DNA of 64,000 nucleotides from Thermoplasmata archaeon (GTDB taxonomy: Archaea; Thermoplasmatota; Thermoplasmata; Lutacidiplasmatales; UBA184), in NCBI GenBank assembly GCA_035502035.1, contig DATJUZ010000007.1, forward strand, positions 36,423-100,422. Direction: 5' to 3'. Below are positions 53,629 through 61,450 of the stretch, piece by piece. A model generated the notes under the pieces. The model worked only from the letters and a program-made list of their open reading frames with translations. It did no database searches and was not told where the DNA came from. The stretch's first letter is position 1, and every line of letters starts with the position of its first letter. Both the position numbers and the translations under genes were made by a program.

Positions 53629-54696
53629 ATGAAGTTGAATGCACCGCCCGCCTCGGCCGGCGTGCCGAAGGCGCTGCTCGTCGTCGCCCTCCTCATCGCC
53701 GCGGGCGCGGGCTCGGTCGCGAGCGCCGTCTACTTCGAGCTGCGCGTCGCGGGGACCCCGGGCCCGTCCCCCGGCCCGGGCTCCGTCACCGTAGCGGACG
53801 ACCTGGGCCGCCTCGTCACCGCGCCACTGAACGCCTCGCGGGTCGTCGTCCTCGCCCCGAGCGTGATGGACATCGTCTATCGCCTCGGCCTGCGCGACCG
53901 CGTCGTCGGGATCGGCTGCACGACCTCGATCGTCGGGGGGATGGCGAACGAGTACTCGCCGAACCAGACCGCGCTCTGGGACCTCTCCCCGTCGATGTGC
54001 ATACCGGACGACCCGAGCTTGGACGCCGAGGGCGTCGCCGAGCTGCAGCCCCAGCTCGTCCTCGCCTCGACGATCACCTCGGAGGAGGACATCGGGACGC
54101 TCAGCTCCACCTACCACCTGCCGGTCCTCATCCTCGCCCCGTCCGGCCTTCCCGGCGTCGTCGGCGACGTCGAGCTGGTCGCCGAGCTGTTCCCGTCGGT
54201 CGCTCCGGTCGCCGCGAACCTGGAGGCGACGCTGCAACAGACGATCTACAACGCGAGCTCCTTCGACAGCTCGCTGTCGGTGAACAACGACTCCATCCCG
54301 TCGGTGTTCGTCACCTATGGTTTCTACGGCGGGACCTACTACACCTACGGCCCCGGCACGTTCGGTCAATCGCTGGTCGAGTACGCCGGCGGCTCGAGCA
54401 TCTCGAGCGGCGTTCCGCTCGCCTACTACGGCCTGAACGCGACGGTCGTGCTGGCCGACCAGCCGGCGGTCATCTTCTTCGGCACGAGCACCAACGACCC
54501 CTACCTGGTCGCCGGGCAGACCCCCGACGTCTGGAGCTCGAGCGCCCCGTACTGGTCCGAGCTGAACGGGACCAAGATCGGGATCGACGTGACGCTCGTG
54601 ACGGAGGCGGACCCGACGATGGTCCTCGCCCTCCCGACGTTCCTCCACGACCTGCATCCGAGCCTCTACCCCGCGCCGACGGTCGCGCCCGGTTGA
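53629..54696 (+). CDS. ABC transporter substrate-binding protein (iron-siderophore/cobalamin, FecB/BtuF-like)
   Basis: From ORF 53545..54696, with the ATG at 53629 after an AT-rich stretch. It has a signal anchor, then VVVLAPSVMDIVYRLGL and LQPQLVLAS, typical of class 8 periplasmic binding proteins. Confidence 0.8.
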   Translation: MKLNAPPASAGVPKALLVVALLIAAGAGSVASAVYFELRVAGTPGPSPGPGSVTVADDLGRLVTAPLNASRVVVLAPSVMDIVYRLGLRDRVVGIGCTTSIVGGMANEYSPNQTALWDLSPSMCIPDDPSLDAEGVAELQPQLVLASTITSEEDIGTLSSTYHLPVLILAPSGLPGVVGDVELVAELFPSVAPVAANLEATLQQTIYNASSFDSSLSVNNDSIPSVFVTYGFYGGTYYTYGPGTFGQSLVEYAGGSSISSGVPLAYYGLNATVVLADQPAVIFFGTSTNDPYLVAGQTPDVWSSSAPYWSELNGTKIGIDVTLVTEADPTMVLALPTFLHDLHPSLYPAPTVAPG

Positions 54697-54704
54697 GTCG
54701 CGCG

Positions 54705-55853
54705 ATGGCGGGCGGGGACGGTTCCGTCCCGCCGGGCCGGCTCGGTACGGCGCGGGCGCTCGGGCTGCTGGTCGCCGGCCTGATCGGCCTGGTCGTCGCC
54801 TCCTGCCTGATCGGGGGGGTCTGGCTGCCGCCGTCCGTCGTCGTCGCGGTCCTCGCCCATCAGTTCTCGTTCGGCCTGCTCGGCAGCCCGTGCGGACCGC
54901 TCCGGAGCGGCTCGGGCGCCTGCACGGTCGCCGTCGAGATCCTCTGGGACGCGCGGATGCCGGCGATCGTCGTGGCCCTGGTCGCCGGGGCGGCGCTCGC
55001 GGTCTCGGGAGGAGTGCTCCAGGGGCTGTTCCGCAACCCGCTCGCGGACCCGTTCCTGCTCGGCCTCTCCTCCGGCGCCGCCACGGGCACCGCGCTCCTC
55101 TACGCGTTCGGTCTGTTCCTCTCCGAGCAGTACCTCCTGCTGCCGGTCTTCGCCTTCGCCGGGGCGCTCGTCCCCGGGCTCGCGGTCTACGCCGGCTCCC
55201 GCTCCGCCTACCGCAGCTCGGAGACGATGGTGCTCACCGGGGTCGCGCTGAGCACGGTCTTCTCGGCGCTCCTCGCGACCCTGCTGTTCTACAACCCTTC
55301 CGGGGGACTCCAGGTCAGCTTCTGGCTGCTCGGCAGCCTCTCGAACGAGAGCTGGACGAAGGCCGGGCTCCTCGGGGGGGCGCTGCTCGCCCTGGGCGGG
55401 GTGCTCGGGGTCTACGGTCGCGAGCTCAACGTCCTCCAGCTCGGACCGGACGTCGCGACCAGCGTGGGGGTCGAGACCCCCCGTGTCGTGCGACGGCTCA
55501 TCCTCCTCACGACGCTGCTCACCGCGGCGGCGGTCGCCTTCACCGGGGTGATCGGGTTCGTGGGGCTCGTCTCGCCGCACGTCGTGCGCCGCCTGATCGG
55601 CCCGGATTACCGGCGCGTGCTCCCGGCGGCGGCGCTCTTCGGAGGGATCTTCCTGCTCGCCTCCTGGGACCTCGCGCAACTGCTCGTCGGAACGACCGTG
55701 GCCATCGGGGCGGCGGCCCACGGCTACGGCTGGGGGGCGTTCCGGCCGGGGGCGGTGCCGACCGTCGTCCTGCCGGTCGGGATCCCCACCGCGTTCGTCG
55801 GCGGTCCGTTCTTCCTCTACCTGCTCTACCGGCACCGCAGCGGAGGCCCGTGA
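54705..55853 (+). CDS. FecCD-family ABC permease
   Basis: From ORF 53997..55853, with the ATG at 54705. RMPAIVVALVAGAALAVSGGVLQGLFRNPLADPFLLGLSSGA and GFVGLVSPHVVR are canonical FecCD/BtuC motifs. Confidence 0.9.
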   Translation: MAGGDGSVPPGRLGTARALGLLVAGLIGLVVASCLIGGVWLPPSVVVAVLAHQFSFGLLGSPCGPLRSGSGACTVAVEILWDARMPAIVVALVAGAALAVSGGVLQGLFRNPLADPFLLGLSSGAATGTALLYAFGLFLSEQYLLLPVFAFAGALVPGLAVYAGSRSAYRSSETMVLTGVALSTVFSALLATLLFYNPSGGLQVSFWLLGSLSNESWTKAGLLGGALLALGGVLGVYGRELNVLQLGPDVATSVGVETPRVVRRLILLTTLLTAAAVAFTGVIGFVGLVSPHVVRRLIGPDYRRVLPAAALFGGIFLLASWDLAQLLVGTTVAIGAAAHGYGWGAFRPGAVPTVVLPVGIPTAFVGGPFFLYLLYRHRSGGP

Positions 55854-57220
55854 CCGTCGATCTCCCCGCGCTCGCGTGGGAGGACGTCAGCGTCCGCTTC
55901 GGCGATCGCAGCGCGGTGCACCGGCTCTCCCTCGGCGTCAGCGCCGGCGAGCTGCTCGCGGTGGTCGGGCCGAACGGCTCGGGAAAGTCGAGCCTGCTGC
56001 GCGCCGCGATCGGCCTGGTCCCGCCGAGCGGAGGGGTCGTCCGCCTCGCGGACGGACGCTCGACCGGTCGCCTCAGCGCCCGGGAGCGCGCGGTGCAGCT
56101 CGCCTGGATGCCCCAGGAGGAGCCGAGCGGGGAGAACGTCAGCGTCGGCGAGTACGTCGCCTACGGCCGCTACGCCCACGAGTCGCGGTGGGTCGGCCCC
56201 ACCGCCGCCGACCGCGCGGCCGTACGGTCCGCGCTCGTTGAGGTTGACCTCGCCGAGGCGGTCGACCGCGGCGTCCGCGAGCTGAGCGGGGGCGAGCGCC
56301 AGCGGGCGCGACTGGCGCGGGCGCTGGCGCAGGAGGCCCCGGTCGTCCTCCTCGACGAGCCGACGGCCCACCTCGACATCGGCCACCAGCTGGACGTCCT
56401 CGCGCGCGTCCGCGCCGTCGCCCGACGCGGCGGACGCGCCGTCGTCGTCGCCCTGCACGACCTCAACCTGGCCTCCCGCTTCTCCGACCGCCTCGCGGTC
56501 CTCGCCCACGGACGCCTGGTCGCCGAGGGGCTCCCCCGCGACGTCCTCTCGGCGGAGCTCCTGCAGCGCGTCTGGGGGGTCGTCGCCGAGGTCCGGGTCG
56601 ACCGCTCGACCGGACTCCCGTTCCTGCTGCCCCGGCTTCCCGCGCCCGGCGGCGAGGGCCCGGCCGCCCGCAACCGCGGCCCGCGCGTCCACGTCGTCGG
56701 GGGCGGAGGGTCGGCGTCGGCGCTCCTCGCCCGGCTGTACGACGAGGGGTTCGACCTCACCGCCGGGGTCCTCCCCCTCTTCGACTCCGACGCGGTCCGC
56801 GCGGAGGAGCTCGGGATTCCGGCGGCGGTCGAGCTGCCGTTCGTCCCGGTAGGGAGCGAAGCGCTGGACCGACTCGACCGACTGCTCGCCAGCGCGCGGG
56901 CGATCGTCGTCGCTCCGTTCCCGGTCGGTCCGACCAACCTCGCGAACCTCCTCGCGCTCCGGCCGCACTGCGCGCGGGTCCCGGTCGCGCTCCTCGGGCA
57001 GGCGCCGGGCGCGCGCTGGGACTACGCTGCGGGCGAGGGTCAGCGCGCCCGCTCGGAGCTCCTTGCGGCCGGGGCGGTCGAGCTCGCCGGCCTCGAGCCG
57101 ACGGTCGCCTGGCTCGCGCAGCGCCTAGGGGCTCCGTCCCGCCCTCCGGGCGCGCCGGAGCGGCGTGACCTCGAGACGGACCCGACTCTGCTCACCGAAG
57201 CGGGCGATCAGGCGCGGTAG
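55850..57220 (+). CDS. FepC/BtuD-like ABC ATPase with a ~200-aa C-terminal extension
   Basis: From ORF 54890..57220. The GTG at 55850 overlaps the permease stop (GTGA). Motifs are GPNGSGKSS, LSGGERQR and LLDEPTAHLD. An extra domain then begins RVHVVGGGGSASALLARLYDEGFDL. Confidence 0.85.
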   Translation: MTVDLPALAWEDVSVRFGDRSAVHRLSLGVSAGELLAVVGPNGSGKSSLLRAAIGLVPPSGGVVRLADGRSTGRLSARERAVQLAWMPQEEPSGENVSVGEYVAYGRYAHESRWVGPTAADRAAVRSALVEVDLAEAVDRGVRELSGGERQRARLARALAQEAPVVLLDEPTAHLDIGHQLDVLARVRAVARRGGRAVVVALHDLNLASRFSDRLAVLAHGRLVAEGLPRDVLSAELLQRVWGVVAEVRVDRSTGLPFLLPRLPAPGGEGPAARNRGPRVHVVGGGGSASALLARLYDEGFDLTAGVLPLFDSDAVRAEELGIPAAVELPFVPVGSEALDRLDRLLASARAIVVAPFPVGPTNLANLLALRPHCARVPVALLGQAPGARWDYAAGEGQRARSELLAAGAVELAGLEPTVAWLAQRLGAPSRPPGAPERRDLETDPTLLTEAGDQAR

Positions 57221-57970
57221 GTCGCGCTCCAGCACGACCACGGTGCACCGGACGCCGAGGCTCGACGCCTCCTCGACCGACGCGGCGACCCCGAACCGCT
57301 GGACGGTCCGCTCGGGGACCGCGGCGAGGACCAGGTGCTGCGCCTCGAGCCCGTGCGCGGCGAGCAGCGAGCTGCCCCGCCGCGCGAGCGCCGAGCGCAG
57401 CGCGACGCGGGTCGCCGCCGCGCCGAGCTCGGCGTCGCGGACGGTCAGCAGCTCGACCGGCGCCGGCCGGAGCGGCACGATGCCGCTCAGTCGTTCGACC
57501 TCGACCAGCTCCCCCCGACGCGCGGGGCCGCGGGCGACGCCCCGGGAGGCGCCGCTCGCCCCCGGCCGGGCGACCAGCCAACCGTCCTCGACCGCGAGCG
57601 CGACCGCCTCGCCGGCCACGATCGGCGCCCGAGCGACCGCGCGCGTCGTCGCGACGATGTGCAGGCGCTCGAGGCGGTCGGCGAGCTCCTCCTCCAGCTC
57701 GACGAGCCGCGCGTGGAGGTAGTCGACCCCCCGGACGGTCGGACGGTAGCGGCCCCCGCTCACCTGGACGAGCCCGCGGCGGGCGAGGGCCCGGTAGGTG
57801 TGCGAGACCGCCTGGACGCTCAGGCCGAGCGCGTCGGCGACGGCGCGGAGCTGGCCGACCTCCCGGGTCGTGCACTCGTAGAGGAACAGCAGCTCGCTCG
57901 CCCCACCTCCCCGGCGGAGCGCGTTGAGGCCGCCGGGCCGCGACTTCCCCTCGGGCGTGCGTTCCGGCAC
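57125..57970 (-). CDS. winged-helix (MarR-like) transcriptional regulator with a C-terminal domain
   Basis: A 281-aa protein. LLFLYECTTREVGQLRAVADALGLSVQAVSHTYRALARRGLV looks like a wHTH. Its 3' end overlaps the convergent ATPase gene by 96 nt. Confidence 0.65.
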   Translation of the reverse strand: MPERTPEGKSRPGGLNALRRGGGASELLFLYECTTREVGQLRAVADALGLSVQAVSHTYRALARRGLVQVSGGRYRPTVRGVDYLHARLVELEEELADRLERLHIVATTRAVARAPIVAGEAVALAVEDGWLVARPGASGASRGVARGPARRGELVEVERLSGIVPLRPAPVELLTVRDAELGAAATRVALRSALARRGSSLLAAHGLEAQHLVLAAVPERTVQRFGVAASVEEASSLGVRCTVVVLERDLPRLIARFGEQSRVRLEVTPLRRARRAGRSP

Positions 57971-58021
57971 GGACCAGCGAGCCGGGCCGGCTACAAGAAT
58001 CGCGCGCCGCCCGGCGGCCGG

Positions 58022-60064
58022 CTACGTCGGGGCGGTCCGCCGACCCCGGGCGCCCGGCGCGGCGTCGCTCGCACGGCGCAGCTCCCGCAGGCGGTCGCGG
58101 ATCCGTGCCGCCTCCTCGAAGTCGAGGCGCTCGGCGGCGAGCCGCATCTCCTCCTCGAGGTTCGTGACGACGAGGCCGAGGCGGGCCTTCGCCTTCGGTC
58201 CGACCAGCGCGGCGACCTCCCCGTCGACCGGCACCTCCTCGGCGAGGAGGGCTCGGACCTCCTTGCGGACCGACTCGGGTACGATCTGGTGCTCCGCATT
58301 GAACGCGAGCTGGGCCCGGCGGCGTCGCTCCATCTCGGCGATCGCCCGCTGCATCGAGCCGGTGAGACGGTCGGCGTACAGCACGACCTTGCCGGCGACG
58401 TTGCGGCTCGCGCGACCGGCGGTCTGGACGATCGACGTCTCGCTGCGCAGGTAGCCCTCCTTGTCGGCGTCCAGGATCGCGACGAAGCTGACCTCGGGAA
58501 GGTCGAGGCCCTCCCGCAGGAGGTTGATCCCGACGAGCACGTCGAACCGGCCGAGCCGAAGGTCGCGGAGGATCTCGACGCGCTTGAGCGTCTCCACCTC
58601 CGAGTGGAGGTAGCGGACCTTGAGGCCGAGGCGGGCGAGGTGGTCGGAGAGCTCCTCGCTCGTCCGCTTGGTGAGGGTCGTGACGAGGGCGCGCTCCCCG
58701 CGCTCGACGCACCCCCGCAGCTCGCGGACGAGGTCGGCGATGTGGCCGGCGAGCGGGCGGACTTCGATCGGCGGGTCGACCAGCCCGGTCGGGCGGATGA
58801 TCTGCTCGACGACCGCCGGCGCCGCCTTCCGCTCGAACGGCCCCGGGGTCGCCGAGACGAACACCGCCTGGGGGACGCGGGCAAGGAACTCCGGGAACTT
58901 CAGCGGGCGGTTGTCCCGGCACGACGGCAGCCGCCAGCCGAAGTCGACCAGGTTGTCCTTGCGGCTGCGGTCGCCCTTGTACATGCCCTGGAGCTGCGGG
59001 ACCGCGGCGTGCGACTCGTCCAGGAAGACGAGGAAGTCCTTCGGGAAGAAATCGAGGAGCGTGTACGGCGGCTCCCCCGGCTTGCGGCCGGAGAAGTAGC
59101 GAGCGTAGTTCTCGATCCCGGCGCAGTAGCCGGTCTCTCGGAGCATCTCGAGGTCGTAGTCGACCCGGCCGCGCAGGCGCTGCGCCTCGACGATCTTCTC
59201 CTCCGCCCGGAGCTCGGCGACCCGGTCGTCGCGTTCGGCCGCGATCTGGCCGAGCACCCCGGCAAGGCGTTCGTCCAGGGTCAGGAAGTGCGTCGCCGGA
59301 AAGATCAGCAGCTCGGAGAGCTCTCGGCGCTCCTCGCGGCTCACCGGGTCGATCTCGGCGATCGCGGCGAGGCGGCTCCCCTCGAGCACGAGCCGGTGGA
59401 CCGACTCGCCGGCGTCCATCACGTCGATCGTCCCGCCGCGCACGCGGAACCGGCCCCGCCGCAGCTCGGTGTCGTTGCGATTGTACTTCATCCGCACCAG
59501 CTGCTCGAGGAGCTCCTGCCGGCGCAGCTCCTGGCCGACCCGCAGCCCGACGACCGACGCGCGGTAGTCCTCGGGGGAGCCGAGACCGTAGATGCAGCTG
59601 ACCGAGGCGACGATGAGGACGTCGCGCCGGGTCAGGAGCGCCTGCGTCGCCCGGTGACGCAGACGGTCGATCTCCTCGTTGATCTGGGCGTCCTTCTCCA
59701 CGAAGAGGTCGATCTGGGGGACGTAGGCCTCCGGCTGGTAGTAGTCGTAGTAGCTCACGAAGTACTCGACCGCGTTGTTCGGGAACAGCGCGCGGAACTC
59801 GCTCACCAGCTGGGCGGCGAGCGTCTTGTTCGGGCTGACGACCAGGGTCGGCCGCTGCAGGTGCTGGACGACCTGGGCCATCGTGAACGTCTTGCCGCTG
59901 CCGGTGACGCCCAGGAGCGTGACGAACTTCTCGCCGCCCGAGACGCGGCGGACGAGCTCGTCGATCGCCTTCGGCTGGTCCCCCTGAGGGACCATGTCGG
60001 TCACGAGCTCGAAGCGGCCGGGGAGCGCCTCGGCCGGGTCGGTCAGGAACGCCGGGCGGCTCAT
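58022..60064 (-). CDS. uvrB: excinuclease ABC subunit B
   Basis: A 680-aa protein with GVTGSGKTFT, YYDYYQPEAY, beta-hairpin region, helicase motifs and a C-terminal UVR domain (FEEAARIRDRLRELR). Confidence 0.95.
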   Translation of the reverse strand: MSRPAFLTDPAEALPGRFELVTDMVPQGDQPKAIDELVRRVSGGEKFVTLLGVTGSGKTFTMAQVVQHLQRPTLVVSPNKTLAAQLVSEFRALFPNNAVEYFVSYYDYYQPEAYVPQIDLFVEKDAQINEEIDRLRHRATQALLTRRDVLIVASVSCIYGLGSPEDYRASVVGLRVGQELRRQELLEQLVRMKYNRNDTELRRGRFRVRGGTIDVMDAGESVHRLVLEGSRLAAIAEIDPVSREERRELSELLIFPATHFLTLDERLAGVLGQIAAERDDRVAELRAEEKIVEAQRLRGRVDYDLEMLRETGYCAGIENYARYFSGRKPGEPPYTLLDFFPKDFLVFLDESHAAVPQLQGMYKGDRSRKDNLVDFGWRLPSCRDNRPLKFPEFLARVPQAVFVSATPGPFERKAAPAVVEQIIRPTGLVDPPIEVRPLAGHIADLVRELRGCVERGERALVTTLTKRTSEELSDHLARLGLKVRYLHSEVETLKRVEILRDLRLGRFDVLVGINLLREGLDLPEVSFVAILDADKEGYLRSETSIVQTAGRASRNVAGKVVLYADRLTGSMQRAIAEMERRRRAQLAFNAEHQIVPESVRKEVRALLAEEVPVDGEVAALVGPKAKARLGLVVTNLEEEMRLAAERLDFEEAARIRDRLRELRRASDAAPGARGRRTAPT

Positions 60065-60885
60065 GGGACGACCGGAAGGCTCTCGCGCGCCGTGTAGCCC
60101 CGGGGGTCGACGGCGACCGAGGCGAAGCCGAGCGCGCGGAGCTCGGCATCCAGCGCGGCGTGGAGTTCGGGATCCTCGAGGCGCTCGACCTCCGAGCGGT
60201 CGACCTCGACCCGCGCGGTGCTCCCGTGCACCCGGACGCGGACGCGTCGGAATCCCTGGCCGCTCAGGAACCGCTCCGCGCGTTCGATCCGCGCCAGCAG
60301 CTCGGCGGTGATCGGGTCCCCCCGGTGCACCCGCGACGCGAGACAGGCATTGGACGGGCGCTCAGCGTTCGGGAGCCCGGCCCGACGCGCGTAGGCCCGG
60401 ACCTGCGGCTTGCCCCAGCCGGCCCAGAGGAGCGGATGGGCGAACCCGGCCTCCTCCATCGCCCGGATGCCGGGGCGATCGTCCGCGAGGTCGTCGACGT
60501 GGATCCCGTCCCAGAGGCGCCGCCGCCCTTCCGCGGCCGCGAGCTCGCGGAGCGCCGTCGTCTCGACCACCCGGCAACGGTAGCAGCGGTCCGCCCCGTT
60601 CTCGCGGTACCTCGGGTCCTCCAGCGGCTCCGCCGGGACCAGGCGATGGGGCGCGCCGAGGAAGGCGGCGACCGAGCGCGCCGCCTCGACCTCCTCGGCG
60701 GCGACGGAGCGCCCGACGACCGTCGCGAGGAGCGCGGATCGACCGAGCGCCGCGCAGGCGAGGGAGGCGACGACCGCCGAGTCGACCCCGCCGGAGAGGG
60801 CGACGAGGGCGGGGCCCCCCTCCGCCAGCCGGGCGAGGAGCTCCCGCTCGGAGCGAAACCCCGAGAACGGGGCGACGGCGTCCAT
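60061..60885 (-). CDS. larE: PP-loop ATP pyrophosphatase of the LarE family
   Basis: A 274-aa protein with the PP-loop ALSGGVDS and the conserved Cys in NACLASR. Its stop overlaps the uvrB start (ATGA). Confidence 0.8.
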   Translation of the reverse strand: MDAVAPFSGFRSERELLARLAEGGPALVALSGGVDSAVVASLACAALGRSALLATVVGRSVAAEEVEAARSVAAFLGAPHRLVPAEPLEDPRYRENGADRCYRCRVVETTALRELAAAEGRRRLWDGIHVDDLADDRPGIRAMEEAGFAHPLLWAGWGKPQVRAYARRAGLPNAERPSNACLASRVHRGDPITAELLARIERAERFLSGQGFRRVRVRVHGSTARVEVDRSEVERLEDPELHAALDAELRALGFASVAVDPRGYTARESLPVVP

Positions 60886-60943
60886 CGCCCTCCGCAGGGA
60901 CGGGACGGCCCCTTACCGTTTCCCCCGAGGTCGCGCAACGCCC

Positions 60944-61408
60944 ATGAGCCCGGACGCCTCCCGAGCGGTCGTGCAGGCGGTCCGGGACGGCGAGCGGTGG
61001 ATGCTCCGGCTGGACGACGGCCAGGACCTGTTTGCCGAGCTGGTCGCCTTGGCCGAGCGGGAGCAGCTCCGGGCGGCGGCGATCGCCTTCGGGATCGGCA
61101 TGTTCCGCCGGGCGGTGCTCGGCTACTGGGACGGCGCCCAGTACGTCCGGAGCCCGCTGTCCGTCCCCCACGAGGTCGTCGGCCTCCACGGCTCGATCGC
61201 GGTCGCCGACGGGCGACCGTCCGTGCACCTCCACGCCGCGCTCGCCGGCCCGGACCACCGGCTCGTCGGGGGACACCTCATCGAGGCGACCGTCGGCGTC
61301 CTGCAGGAGCTGCTGGTCGAGACGTTCCCGGGGAGGACGTTCGGTCGCCCGCTCGTCGAGTCGTTCGGCCTGCGCATGCTCGACCTCGAGCCGGTCTCCC
61401 GTCCGTAG
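60944..61408 (+). CDS. PPC (DUF296) domain protein
   Basis: A 154-aa protein. GLHGSIAVADGRPSVHLHAALAGPDHRLVGGHL matches the PPC/DUF296 pattern. Confidence 0.75.
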   Translation: MSPDASRAVVQAVRDGERWMLRLDDGQDLFAELVALAEREQLRAAAIAFGIGMFRRAVLGYWDGAQYVRSPLSVPHEVVGLHGSIAVADGRPSVHLHAALAGPDHRLVGGHLIEATVGVLQELLVETFPGRTFGRPLVESFGLRMLDLEPVSRP

Positions 61409-61450
61409 GGCGGTCAGCGTCACGGCCGAAGGGGGCGCGGGGCTCGACCG

